A stretch of 64,000 nt of DNA from Candidatus Tethybacter castellensis (GTDB lineage Bacteria > Pseudomonadota > Gammaproteobacteria > Tethybacterales > Tethybacteraceae), in contig JAZHEJ010000042.1 in NCBI GenBank assembly GCA_036679665.1, forward strand, positions 4,137 to 68,136, in the 5' to 3' direction. Shown here in pieces: positions 9,972 to 19,239 of this stretch (position 1 is its first letter; each line of letters begins with the position of its first letter). A program made the position numbers and the translations under genes. The notes beneath the pieces were generated by a model. That model was not told the origin of the DNA. It saw nothing but the letters and a program-made list of their open reading frames with translations, and made no database searches.

Positions 9972-10745
9972 TCAATGTTGCCAATTTTTCAAAAATGTTT
10001 GCAGGTGTTTAGCGCCTGACTGGCTCAAATAATCTTTGATTAATCCGGTGCAAAGCTGGTAACTTTCTGCCGAAAACTTACCGGAACTGCGTGCGAAACG
10101 CAACCAGATCAAAAAGGTGTTGAGGGCGTCAGTTTCGCAGTAGTTGCTGATTTCCGCATAGCGTTGCTCCACAAATAGCGGATAGACTTGGTCGCCGCCA
10201 TAGCCCATTTTGCCGGGCAGTCCGCAGGCCAAAGCGACATCCGCCAGTTTGGCCGCGGCGCGCGGCTGACGAAACGCCAACATGTCCATGATGTCCTGGT
10301 GAGCATCGTGGTAGCGGCTTGAGTATTGGCGCCACTTGTCGCCGGGTCCATTCCAAAAACCGCGTGCCGACACACCGTGATGCAAAGCGCGCAAAACTAG
10401 CACAGGCAGATCAAAAGCAGAGCCGTTCCACGATACCAACAGTGGAGATTGCTGTTCTATCAGGCAAAAAAATTCGTGTAGCGCTTCTTTTTCATTAAGC
10501 TGTGGATGAGCCAATGACTTGATGCATAGTTCGTCGCGCCCATAGTGCACATAACTGATCGCTACAATCCGATGAAAAATCAAGCGTAGAAAATCACTGC
10601 GTCCGTCGCTTTTTTCCAGCGCTTCTTGCCGGGCTCGTTCGATTATCTGCTCGTCTTCGGCTTCAGGTTCATCATAGTGGAGCTTGAGCAGTCGCGCGTC
10701 AGGAATTGTCTCAATATCGAATGCCAGTACCACGTTATCACTCAT
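9972..10745 (-). CDS. Predicted 3'-5' exonuclease, PolB-exonuclease-like (DEDD-type)
   Basis: Exo motifs VLAFDIETIPD, SWNGSAFDLPVL and YHDAHQDIMD. The start ATG overlaps the cysM stop (ATGAGTGA). Confidence 0.6.
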   Translation of the reverse strand: MSDNVVLAFDIETIPDARLLKLHYDEPEAEDEQIIERARQEALEKSDGRSDFLRLIFHRIVAISYVHYGRDELCIKSLAHPQLNEKEALHEFFCLIEQQSPLLVSWNGSAFDLPVLVLRALHHGVSARGFWNGPGDKWRQYSSRYHDAHQDIMDMLAFRQPRAAAKLADVALACGLPGKMGYGGDQVYPLFVEQRYAEISNYCETDALNTFLIWLRFARSSGKFSAESYQLCTGLIKDYLSQSGAKHLQTFLKNWQH

Positions 10746-11640
10746 CAAAAACTCCTGAAGATAAATAACGGTCGCCACGATCGCAGGCGATGCATACGAT
10801 GACTGCGCCGGTTTCGCAGCGATCCACCTCTAGCGCCGCCCACATCGCTCCGCCAGAAGAGACGCCGGCAAAAATTCCTTCTTTCTTCGCCATGTCGCGC
10901 ATAGTGTTTTCAGCGGCGTCCTGACTGATCAAAACCAAATCATCGATGACACTGTTGTCTTGAATAAGCGGTCGGTATTCCGGAGACCATTTACGAATAC
11001 CGGGGATGGATGCTCCTTCAGCGGGCTGGCAACCGATGATGGTAACTTGATTTTTGGCTTTGTCGCGAAAAAATCGTCCGCAACCAGTTATGGTACCAGT
11101 TGTACCCATGCTAGATACAAAATGGGTAACACGGCCATTGGTGTCTTTCCAAATCTCAGGTGCGGTACCGGTATAGTGTGATAAGGGATTGTCAGGGTTG
11201 GAAAACTGGCCTAGCATTACGCCTTCGTTACGACTTACCATCTGATCAGCCAAATCACGGGCGCCTTCCATGCCTTCTTCTTTAGTTACCAATACCAGTT
11301 CCGCGCCATAGGCACGCATTGAAGCTTTGCGTTCCGCGGTTTGGTTGGTCGGCATGATTAAGCGGATCGCATAGCCTTTGGCGGCGGCAACCATGGCAAG
11401 GGCAATGCCGGTGTTGCCACTGGTAGGCTCGATCAGTAGGTCGCCAGGTTTTATTTCACCACGACTTTCGGCTCCGACCACCATGGACAAAGCCGGGCGA
11501 TCCTTGACCGAACCGGCGGGATTGTTGCCTTCTAGCTTTACGTAAATTTCATTGTCGCCGCTCCCTAAATTCTGGATTTTCACCATGGGAGTGTTTCCGA
11601 TTAACGAACAAATTTGCGGTTCTGTAGTAGTGGTTGCCAT
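10738..11640 (-). CDS. cysM: Cysteine synthase B (O-acetylserine sulfhydrylase)
   Basis: IGNTPMVKI, LEGNNPAGSVKDRPALSMV (PLP lysine), EPTSGNTGIALA and GTTGTITG motifs; ~300 aa. Confidence 0.85.
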   Translation of the reverse strand: MATTTTEPQICSLIGNTPMVKIQNLGSGDNEIYVKLEGNNPAGSVKDRPALSMVVGAESRGEIKPGDLLIEPTSGNTGIALAMVAAAKGYAIRLIMPTNQTAERKASMRAYGAELVLVTKEEGMEGARDLADQMVSRNEGVMLGQFSNPDNPLSHYTGTAPEIWKDTNGRVTHFVSSMGTTGTITGCGRFFRDKAKNQVTIIGCQPAEGASIPGIRKWSPEYRPLIQDNSVIDDLVLISQDAAENTMRDMAKKEGIFAGVSSGGAMWAALEVDRCETGAVIVCIACDRGDRYLSSGVFDE

Positions 11641-11768
11641 AAAAAAAATTACAAAGTACATGGCTATTTTAATAAATTGCTCGCTAGGCGTAAGATAAAT
11701 TAACTACGTAATATGGCAGTTGGGTTACCTGCGCGACTGTCGCATTATGCATATTTGCTAATTGCACT

Positions 11769-13256
11769 ATGAAAAAAAACAACGGTAATCATTTTTTTGA
11801 TGCTCCCGCCAAGCGCGTGTGCACGGTGGCGCAGGTGCGTGCAATCGAACAAGAGCTTTTTCGTAGTCAGAAACCTTATGCGGTAATGACCGCAGCAGGA
11901 AAGCATGTGGCGCAGTGTTGTCAAAAAATTGCGCGAAATACAGTCTTGGTTGCCGGAACAGGCAATAACGGTGGTGACGCGTATGTTGCCGCCACAGCGT
12001 TGCTTGCTAAAAACGGCAACGCGGATGTTTGGGCTCCGCTAGGCAAACCAGCCACCGTCGACGCCAAACGAGCAGCGCGCGAATTTGCACAGGCGGGCGG
12101 CAAAGTGCTTGCCGGTACGCCGCAGTGGGAGCAATACGGCTGTGTGGTGGATGGATTGTTTGGAATCGGTTTGGGCCGTGATTTAACCGGTGACGCGTTA
12201 GATGCTGTCAAGGCAATCAACTCAGCGGGCAAACCGATTGTTGCGATCGACATATCCAGCGGGTTGTGTGCCGACACCGCTACAGTGCGCGGTGACGCGG
12301 TGCGCGCTTTAATTACGGTAACGTTTTTTTGTATCAAACCTGGATTGTTGATGGGAGCTGGCAAGGAACTGGCCGGCGAGGTTCGTGTTGCAAAACTAGG
12401 TGACGATAAGTTGGTAACAAATCAAGGGGGAACTGTGATTGATCGTCCGTGTGGTCATGAAATTTTGCGCCGCAACGCGGATTCGCACAAAGGCAGCTAC
12501 GGTACGCTGGCGCTGATTGGCGGTGCGATTGGCATGACCGGCGCTTTGGCTTTGGCTTCGCGTGCGGCTGTCGCCCATGGCGCCGGCAAAGTGTTTGTAG
12601 TCGCGCTTGGTAGCGATGCGCCGGCGTTTGACATGCTCGCGCCGGAAGTGATGTGGCGCACTGAAATACCAGAGGATAGCGACGTGTGCTCGTTTGGCGT
12701 CGGTGCCGGTGTCGGTGCCGATGCGTATAACCTGTTAAGTACTGTCGTCAAGCGTAAGTCACCGCAGATCATTGATGCTGACGGGCTGAATTTGCTGGCT
12801 AAGAATCCTAAGTTGCGCAATGCGCTTGGCAAATTCGCTATCGACCCGATTCTGACCCCGCATCCGGCCGAAGCCGGCCGCCTGCTCGACATTACCACCA
12901 CCGCCATCCAGGCCGACCGAGTAGCTTGCGCACAAAAATTGGCGGCCAAAGCCGGTGCGGTGGTTGTGCTCAAAGGTTCAGGAACCGTTATAGCCGATTC
13001 CAAAGGGGTTTGGGGCATAGTCGCGGCAGGTAATCCCGGCTTGGCCCAGGCAGGAAGCGGAGACGTGCTTACTGGTATTATCGGAGCTTTGCGGGCGCAG
13101 GGTATGTCGGCATGGGACGCGGCTGTAACCGGCGCATGGCTGCATGCCAAAGCTGCGGATCTGATATGCGAAGAGCGCGGCGGACAGCTCGGATTGCCAT
13201 TGGCGCAGGTTTGTGCGCGTTCTGCTCAGCTGCTTGCCAATTTGGTTTGCACTTGA
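11769..13256 (+). CDS. nnr: Bifunctional NAD(P)H-hydrate repair enzyme (epimerase + ADP-dependent dehydratase)
   Basis: N-terminal YjeF_N region (GTGNNGGDAYV) and C-terminal carbohydrate-kinase-like region (HKGSYGTLALIGG, GSGDVLTGIIGAL). Confidence 0.9.
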   Translation: MKKNNGNHFFDAPAKRVCTVAQVRAIEQELFRSQKPYAVMTAAGKHVAQCCQKIARNTVLVAGTGNNGGDAYVAATALLAKNGNADVWAPLGKPATVDAKRAAREFAQAGGKVLAGTPQWEQYGCVVDGLFGIGLGRDLTGDALDAVKAINSAGKPIVAIDISSGLCADTATVRGDAVRALITVTFFCIKPGLLMGAGKELAGEVRVAKLGDDKLVTNQGGTVIDRPCGHEILRRNADSHKGSYGTLALIGGAIGMTGALALASRAAVAHGAGKVFVVALGSDAPAFDMLAPEVMWRTEIPEDSDVCSFGVGAGVGADAYNLLSTVVKRKSPQIIDADGLNLLAKNPKLRNALGKFAIDPILTPHPAEAGRLLDITTTAIQADRVACAQKLAAKAGAVVVLKGSGTVIADSKGVWGIVAAGNPGLAQAGSGDVLTGIIGALRAQGMSAWDAAVTGAWLHAKAADLICEERGGQLGLPLAQVCARSAQLLANLVCT

Positions 13257-13960
13257 AACATTACCGCTTGGCAACGTGTATCGGCCACCGCGGTGTTCCA
13301 GAACTTAGCGTTGAAAATAGCGTCGAAGGTTTGCGTATGGCGGCGAAATTAGGCTACGACTGGTGCGAAATCGACGCGCAGGCATCTAGTGACGGCGTGG
13401 CAATGGTTTATCATGATTTTGTTTTGGCTGACGGGCGGCAGTTGTCTAAATTGTCTAGCAAACAGCTCACGCAACAAAACATCGGCGGTCATACGCGAAG
13501 TGGTGAAAATATCTTGATGCCTTCGCTGCTAGACTGTCTGAAAGTCGCTGCGCAAAGCGATTTGGCCTTGGTGGTCGAGATTAAATCACATTACCAAGAT
13601 GCAGCGCACAACGTTGCGGCGGTTGCGAAGGCTTTACGACAAGTTTCCGATGTCGAGGTTATGGTATCTAGTTTCGAACCTGAAGTTTTGTTACAGTTTG
13701 GCAAGTTGATATCTAGCGTACCATTGGCTTTGAATGTTGATCGCATTCCGCAACTTCCTCCAAGCGGGTGCGCCAACGTGCACTGCGCTGCCGATCATGC
13801 CGATGTCAAGCATGTCAAACGCATGCTTGATGCGGGCCTTGGAGTATACGCATGGACCGTTAATGATGTGGCAGTTGGATCAAGACTGCTGGCCAACGGG
13901 GTACATGGCTTTTTTACCGACTCGCCGCAAGTGCGTAACAGTTTTACCGACCTAAAGTGA
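13247..13960 (+). CDS. Glycerophosphodiester phosphodiesterase family protein
   Basis: IGHRGVPELSVENSVEG...CEIDAQ motifs of the GDPD fold. There is no ATG or GTG outside nnr. A TTG at 13247 (or 13253) is the most economical start. The start position is uncertain. Confidence 0.65.
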   Translation: MHLKHYRLATCIGHRGVPELSVENSVEGLRMAAKLGYDWCEIDAQASSDGVAMVYHDFVLADGRQLSKLSSKQLTQQNIGGHTRSGENILMPSLLDCLKVAAQSDLALVVEIKSHYQDAAHNVAAVAKALRQVSDVEVMVSSFEPEVLLQFGKLISSVPLALNVDRIPQLPPSGCANVHCAADHADVKHVKRMLDAGLGVYAWTVNDVAVGSRLLANGVHGFFTDSPQVRNSFTDLK

Positions 13961-14631
13961 CCGTCGCGATTAAGTCCGCTTCAATTCGCAGCTATGCTTT
14001 TCGCCGACGACGCATGCGAGCGGGTAAACGCTACGCATTGTCAAGTCTGTATCCACGCTATGGCATTGATCCAAAAATTCAAACACCAAACTGGTCGGCA
14101 ATTTTCGGCGGACGTGACCGGATGTTCGTCGAGATCGGAGCCGGTAGCGGCGAAGCAGTGGTGCATATGGCGCAATTGCACAACAACTGCATGTTTGTCG
14201 TTTTTGAGATTTATCCGCCTGGGATTGCCCAACTATTGCGTTCCATTGAGCAAAATCAGATCAAGAATATCAAAGTGGTCGCGGCTGACGCGCGACCATT
14301 GTTGGCACGTTGGTTTGCACCAAGCCAGCTTGCGGGTATCAACTTGTTTTTTCCTGATCCATGGCCGAAATACCGTCACCACAAACGCAGGATTTGCAAT
14401 CGGCAATTTATCGATCAGGCGCACGTACTGTTAGGTAGTGCCGGCGTGTTGCACTTCGTGACAGATTGCCAAGATTACCATCTTGCCGTGTCTAGGCTGT
14501 TGACCCAAGATACTAACTGGGAGCTATGCGTAGACCATGATGTCAGTAGTTTCCGTCCGCCAACGCGCTACGAGCGCAAAGCGATCGCGCAAAGCCGGAA
14601 AATTTGGGATATCAAGGCGCAACCAATTTAG
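13957..14631 (+). CDS. trmB: tRNA (guanine46-N7)-methyltransferase
   Basis: FVEIGAGSGEAVVHMA (SAM-binding) and FFPDPWPKYRHHKRR motifs. The GTG start overlaps the upstream stop (GTGA). Confidence 0.9.
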   Translation: MTVAIKSASIRSYAFRRRRMRAGKRYALSSLYPRYGIDPKIQTPNWSAIFGGRDRMFVEIGAGSGEAVVHMAQLHNNCMFVVFEIYPPGIAQLLRSIEQNQIKNIKVVAADARPLLARWFAPSQLAGINLFFPDPWPKYRHHKRRICNRQFIDQAHVLLGSAGVLHFVTDCQDYHLAVSRLLTQDTNWELCVDHDVSSFRPPTRYERKAIAQSRKIWDIKAQPI

Positions 14632-14656
14632 CGCGGTTTAGCGCGAGTCAAGTTGG

Positions 14657-14896
14657 CTACAGACGAGTCGAAAGTACCGAGATGCGTTTGGTCAGTTCGC
14701 GGATACTGTCCGGAATCTGGCTGATTTCAGGGTTGTTGTGCAGATAAGTCACGAAATCATGGAGTGATGAAGCGAGTTCGGACATTGCCAAGGCAAGCTG
14801 GCGGATATCGTCAGCGTTGGGCGCTGAGCTTTGAGGCAACTCCTGGCTTTTGCCCTTATGGTGAACATTATCTTGTTTGCCAAGCTCATTTTTCAT
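14657..14896 (-). CDS. Hypothetical small protein (79 aa, predicted helical, no recognisable family)
   Basis: An ORF 40 nt downstream of waaA on the same strand, with no competing gene. It may not be coding. Confidence 0.35.
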   Translation of the reverse strand: MKNELGKQDNVHHKGKSQELPQSSAPNADDIRQLALAMSELASSLHDFVTYLHNNPEISQIPDSIRELTKRISVLSTRL

Positions 14897-14936
14897 GCTA
14901 TTGCAGATTATAGACGGTTACCCCAACAGTAGTTTT

Positions 14937-16211
14937 TTAGTTGCTGATTTCGTTTAGTATCGGGGCAATAGCAGCCATCGTGCGCACTCCTGCACCGCGT
15001 GACTGACGGGCGATTGTTTGACCTGCCTGGCCAGCTGCCGCACACTTACGCGGATCTGACAACAAGTTGTCAATTATGCCGGCAACTTCAACGGCGTCGC
15101 CGCCTTGCCACGCGGCTTTGGCGCGGCATGCTCGCGCGCACAATTCAGCGAAGTTATGCATATGCGGCCCCATAACCACAGGCTTGCCTTGAGCCATCGG
15201 TTCCATCAGGTTTTGACCGCCAAAGTTGACTAAACTTGCTCCGATGAACACGACGTCGGCGCAAGCGATATAGCTGTCCATTTCACCTAGGGTATCGCCG
15301 ATGATGACATCGGTCGGTGCGGCGGTATCTTTAATCTTGCTATGCAAGGTATAAGCGATGCGGTGGCTTTCTAAAAGTTGTGTTACTTGTGCGCAACGCT
15401 CCGGATGGCGAGGTACAAGTATCACCGCGCAACGCGGCAAGATCTGCTTTAGCGCGTCAAGCAGCAGTTTTTCTTCGCTGTTACCTTTTGTGTCTTGGCG
15501 GGTTGAGGCAAGCAGCAGCACAGGACGGTCTCGGGTACGAAATTGTTCACGCAGAAGTAATCCAGCCGCAGTCTTGTCCGGATCAGGACGGGCGTCAAAT
15601 TTGAGATTGCCGCTCACAACAACGTTGGGCGCCCCTAAAAAACGAAACCGCGTGGCGTCGGCGCGGCTTTGCGCCATCACTAGCGTTAACGAAGCGAATA
15701 ACGCCTTGGTATATTTGCTTATCCGAGCGTGGTGCCGGGCACTTTTGGCAGACATGCGCCCGTTGACAACCACTACGGGGATGTTTTGATGCTTAGCTTG
15801 CAATAGCATGTTCGGCCACAGTTCTTGTTCCACAAGCAAACACAGGCGCGGTTTTAATGTTGCGAAAAAACGTTTTTGTACCGCGACAAAGTCTAACGGT
15901 TGGGCACAAACAGGTACATTCAGACGATCACGCGCGGTTTTGCGAGCTGCTTCGGATGAATAGCTAAGAAAAAAGGATAATTGCGGATATTGCGCACGAA
16001 GCAAGTCGAGCAAACCGCGAATCGCCATGGTCTCACCAACCGATGCGGCTGATATCCAGATCGGCCGGTCAGTGGGTAATTCGACGCGCGCAAATCGTTC
16101 GGCGATGTGGAGTGCGCCGCTGCCGCTGCGCATAGTTTTACGTAACATTGCCGGTAGCAATGCCACGCTTAGCAAACCAGCGTACGCCGCTTGCAACGCG
16201 GGACGCATCAA
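14937..16211 (-). CDS. waaA: 3-deoxy-D-manno-octulosonic acid (Kdo) transferase
   Basis: WISAASVGETMAIRGLL N-terminal motif and GGSL/GGQN-type C-terminal glycosyltransferase region (FIGASLVNFGGQNLMEP); 424 aa. Confidence 0.9.
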   Translation of the reverse strand: MMRPALQAAYAGLLSVALLPAMLRKTMRSGSGALHIAERFARVELPTDRPIWISAASVGETMAIRGLLDLLRAQYPQLSFFLSYSSEAARKTARDRLNVPVCAQPLDFVAVQKRFFATLKPRLCLLVEQELWPNMLLQAKHQNIPVVVVNGRMSAKSARHHARISKYTKALFASLTLVMAQSRADATRFRFLGAPNVVVSGNLKFDARPDPDKTAAGLLLREQFRTRDRPVLLLASTRQDTKGNSEEKLLLDALKQILPRCAVILVPRHPERCAQVTQLLESHRIAYTLHSKIKDTAAPTDVIIGDTLGEMDSYIACADVVFIGASLVNFGGQNLMEPMAQGKPVVMGPHMHNFAELCARACRAKAAWQGGDAVEVAGIIDNLLSDPRKCAAAGQAGQTIARQSRGAGVRTMAAIAPILNEISN

Positions 16212-16228
16212 GGCCGGGAAGCAGGCGC

Positions 16229-16618
16229 TTAAGCGCCGGTTATATGCAGGATGCCCTCAACTTCAACGACGGCGTCCTTGGGTAACGAAGCAACGCCAAT
16301 CGCCGCGCGGGCCGGATAAGGCTTGTTTAAATACTCTGCGGCAATCGCGTTGAAATTTGCAAATTCGCCAAGATCGGTCAGATAGACCGTTAGTTTGACT
16401 ATCTGTTGCAGATCACCGCCGGCAGCCTTACATACTGCGGTTAAATTAGCGAATATCTGCCGGGCTTGGGCTTCAAATCCACCAACAAGAGTTCCTTGCT
16501 CATCCATGCCTAGCTGGCCTGATAAAAACACCAGCTCGCCAACTTGCATCGCCTGACTGTACGTGCCGATAGCCGGCGGTGCGCCCGGGGCGTTGTTAGT
16601 CGGTGTTTTTTGGCTCAT
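16229..16618 (-). CDS. ridA: RidA/YjgF family reactive-intermediate deaminase
   Basis: APPAIGTYSQA..., KLTVYLTDL, PARAAIGVASLPKDAVVEVE motifs. I chose the start at MSQKTP (M8 of the tracked ORF). Confidence 0.85.
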   Translation of the reverse strand: MSQKTPTNNAPGAPPAIGTYSQAMQVGELVFLSGQLGMDEQGTLVGGFEAQARQIFANLTAVCKAAGGDLQQIVKLTVYLTDLGEFANFNAIAAEYLNKPYPARAAIGVASLPKDAVVEVEGILHITGA

Positions 16619-16641
16619 AGAAAAAGAAATTCGGGACAAGA

Positions 16642-17112
16642 TCAGGTAGGAGCTATCTTACCATCATCTTGAGCGTAGGATTTCAGTAACGCCGTGGTAT
16701 GCCCGGCTTCGTACAACGGGTAATCGGCGTCGATGGTCCAGGGCATGACGCGAAGCAATATGACTTTTTTACCGCGGGCCATAGCTTGTTCGATCAGGCT
16801 GCGGTCGTACCATTCGCAGTGTTCGCCGGGATGGTCACGACAGATCTGCGGTCGACATTCGTAAATGGTGCAAGCGCGCGAATCCTTATCCAAAAAAATA
16901 CACGAATCGGTCTTGAGTAACTTGTCGGGAGTCATTTTCAAACGCCGCACCGTTGAGCTTTCTGAAACCGTACATGTCGCGCGGACTTCCTGTTCCGTTT
17001 TTTTTAAATGTTTGGCGAGGCGTTTGATGTCAGCGCCGGTGGTTTGGATGATCGGGTATGCGCAACAGTAACCGACACACTCTTGGCAGTCATAGTGGTG
17101 AGTGTCGCTCAT
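16642..17112 (-). CDS. YkgJ-family cysteine-cluster (zinc/iron-chelating) protein
   Basis: CxxCxxCC motif (YDCQECVGYCCAYP) plus a second Cys-rich half (CIFLD...CTIYECRPQICRDHP). Confidence 0.7.
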   Translation of the reverse strand: MSDTHHYDCQECVGYCCAYPIIQTTGADIKRLAKHLKKTEQEVRATCTVSESSTVRRLKMTPDKLLKTDSCIFLDKDSRACTIYECRPQICRDHPGEHCEWYDRSLIEQAMARGKKVILLRVMPWTIDADYPLYEAGHTTALLKSYAQDDGKIAPT

Positions 17113-17314
17113 CGTCCCGCTCGCATCGGGTTATATGTCATATTAGTTGAAAAGTTGCGCTTTGTCATACTAAACTGCTAAAATTACGCCTAGAGAGGCT
17201 AGAATTAGAGTTAGTGATTCTAGTTTCCCCTTGATCTGAAACTGAATTGTCAGGGTTACGCAATCCTTCCCCAGTGTTTTTTCATTTATTGAGCTTTCTT
17301 GCAGGAATCTTTTT

Positions 17315-17650
17315 ATGTCCACATCTGATATTATCCACGTCACCGACAAAACGTTCGCCGAGCAAGTTATTGAACAGAGCAAAACCACTCCGGTTCTAGT
17401 CGATTTTTGGGCGGAATGGTGCGGGCCGTGTAAAGCGGTTGCGCCGGTGCTCGAGCAGCTCGCTGCCAACAACGCCGGCAAACTTACCGTCGCAAAGGTT
17501 GACGTTGACGCGCATAGCTCATGCGCTCGCGATTACAATGTTTCAGGGATACCGACTCTGGTGGTGTTTAGTGGCGGCGTTGAAACAAACCGGGCGGTGG
17601 GCGCGATGCCGCTTGAGCAATATCAGCAACTAGTTCAGCCTTATCTATAA
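17315..17650 (+). CDS. trxA: Thioredoxin
   Basis: WAEWCGPCK active site; 111 aa; located immediately upstream of rho. Confidence 0.95.
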   Translation: MSTSDIIHVTDKTFAEQVIEQSKTTPVLVDFWAEWCGPCKAVAPVLEQLAANNAGKLTVAKVDVDAHSSCARDYNVSGIPTLVVFSGGVETNRAVGAMPLEQYQQLVQPYL

Positions 17651-17709
17651 CCTGAATTGCTGCCCATACCATGTATTCACATTTCTACTAAATAACTGTA
17701 GGTGCTTTA

Positions 17710-19218
17710 ATGACATACGACGATTCTGAAACCACTATTGCTCCGGCTGAGCAAAATCCTCCCACTGAAGTGTATGCTTCTGATCCGTCAGTAATGCAAG
17801 GATCGCGGTCGGGCGTAAAGCGTCGCCGCCAGCACAGTCACCGCAACCGCCGCCCTGGTGGTCAGCGGCCGCGCTCCGGCGGCAACGCAAATACGCGACT
17901 GCCTGCCGGCGTGCCCGCCTACAACGGCGAGGAAACGTCTATCAATCCCGATGCCGAGCAGTATTGGTTGTCGAAGCTGCGTGCCAAAAGTGTTGATGAA
18001 CTGATGGATTTTGCCGCCGAGCACGGAATTGAAACTCACACCAACCGTATTCACAAACTCAAGCTAATGTTTTTAGTCGCAAAGTCGCTTGCCCAGCAAG
18101 GGGCGGTGTTACACGGTGAAGGTTGCATGGAAATCTGCTCCCAGCACGGGTTTTTACGTTTTCCGGAAAATTCTTATTGTCCTGAGCTAGGTGATATTTT
18201 TGTGCACTCTTCGATGGTGCGTCGACATGGATTGTTGACCGGAGATGTGGTCAGCGGCCCGCTTAGCGCTCCGCAAGATAGCGATAAATATTTTGGCATG
18301 AGTAAAGTTGAGACGATCAATGGTATTCCGATTGCCGATATCAAGCGTCGCAAGGTGTTTGAGAATCTGACCCCGACATTTCCTGAAGATCGTTTTGTAC
18401 TTGAGCGAAATATGCGTGCCGAAGAAAACAACACCGGGCGGCTGATTGATATTTTCGCGCCGATCGGCAAAGGCCAGCGCGGTCTGTTGGTATCGCCGCC
18501 GAAAAGCGGTAAGACGGTCATGTTACAGCATATCGCTCACGCGATCGAGGAACAACACCCAGAGGTAGAGTTGATCGTATTGTTGATTGATGAGCGACCA
18601 GAGGAAGTTACCGAAATGCAGCGCTCGGTCAAAGGCGAGGTGATTGCCTCAACTTTTGATGAACCGGCCACGCGGCATGTGCAGGTGGCGGAAATGATTA
18701 TTGAAAAAGCCAAACGCCGCGTGGAAATGGGCAAGGATGTCGTGCTCATGCTAGATTCAATCACTAGGCTAGCTCGTGCGTACAACACTGTCGCACCTCA
18801 GACCGGGCGAGTACTAACTGGTGGTGTTGATTCGCAAGCCCTGCAGCGCCCGAAGCGCTTTTTCGGCGCAGCGCGTAACATCGAGCACGGCGGATCGTTG
18901 ACTATTATTGCCACCGCTTTGGTAGAGACCGGTTCGCGGATGGACGACGTTATCTATGAAGAGTTTAAAGGCACTGGCAACATGGAAATTCATCTTGACC
19001 GTCGTATAGCCGAAAAGCGGATTTATCCGGCGATCCTCCTTAATAAATGCGGTACTAGGCGCGAAGAATTGCTACTTGATGCGGATGTTTTGCGCAAGAC
19101 CTGGCTACTGCGTAGAGCGTCGTCAGATCAGGACGAAGTCAAAAACACTGATTGGATGTTGGAACAGCTTCGCGCCACCAAAAGCAACGCTGCGCTGTTT
19201 GCCAAAATGGAACGTTGA
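17710..19218 (+). CDS. rho: Transcription termination factor Rho. The coordinates give the longest ORF. A TTG at 17968 would give a canonical ~416-aa protein.
   Basis: Rho_N/CSD region ([17 protein letters not shown]), Walker A ([12 protein letters not shown]), the Q/R loops and the C-terminal RIYPAI motif. The ATG at 17710 has AGGTG 5 nt upstream. Confidence 0.9.
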   Translation: MTYDDSETTIAPAEQNPPTEVYASDPSVMQGSRSGVKRRRQHSHRNRRPGGQRPRSGGNANTRLPAGVPAYNGEETSINPDAEQYWLSKLRAKSVDELMDFAAEHGIETHTNRIHKLKLMFLVAKSLAQQGAVLHGEGCMEICSQHGFLRFPENSYCPELGDIFVHSSMVRRHGLLTGDVVSGPLSAPQDSDKYFGMSKVETINGIPIADIKRRKVFENLTPTFPEDRFVLERNMRAEENNTGRLIDIFAPIGKGQRGLLVSPPKSGKTVMLQHIAHAIEEQHPEVELIVLLIDERPEEVTEMQRSVKGEVIASTFDEPATRHVQVAEMIIEKAKRRVEMGKDVVLMLDSITRLARAYNTVAPQTGRVLTGGVDSQALQRPKRFFGAARNIEHGGSLTIIATALVETGSRMDDVIYEEFKGTGNMEIHLDRRIAEKRIYPAILLNKCGTRREELLLDADVLRKTWLLRRASSDQDEVKNTDWMLEQLRATKSNAALFAKMER

Positions 19219-19239
19219 TTTTTTGCTAGCAAAATCCAT

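Noticed and set aside
12497-13150. Long ORFs antisense to, or in alternative frames of, well-supported genes. Examples: 1444-1974(+) in hemY, 12497-13150(-) in nnr, 21283-21783(-) in ftsH, 23182-23721(-) in glmM, 29370-30032(+) in lutB, 55842-56342(+) and 55471-55968(-) in leuC, 6543-6983(-) in ispD.
   Set aside because: They lie wholly inside genes with clear family motifs. Their translations are low-complexity (A/R/S/P/C-rich) and have no recognisable domains. This is typical of shadow ORFs in GC-richer coding sequence.
14627-14645. A tandem direct repeat, TTTAGCGCG-G-TTTAGCGCG, at the trmB stop.
   Set aside because: There are only two copies of 9 bp. It is compatible with chance or a tiny slippage duplication in a convergent gap. 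It is not array-like and has no flanking repeats.
17199-17223. A 7-bp inverted repeat (CTAGAAT-11 nt-ATTCTAG) in the ykgJ-trxA divergent region.
   Set aside because: It is short and AT-rich and matches no operator consensus I recognise. It cannot be distinguished from chance.
19221-19234. A perfect 14-bp palindrome, TTTTGCTAGCAAAA, between the rho stop and the rlmE start.
   Set aside because: As RNA it would form only a weak A/U-rich stem with a minimal loop, so it is not a credible terminator. It could be a protein-binding site, but no supporting evidence is visible in the sequence.
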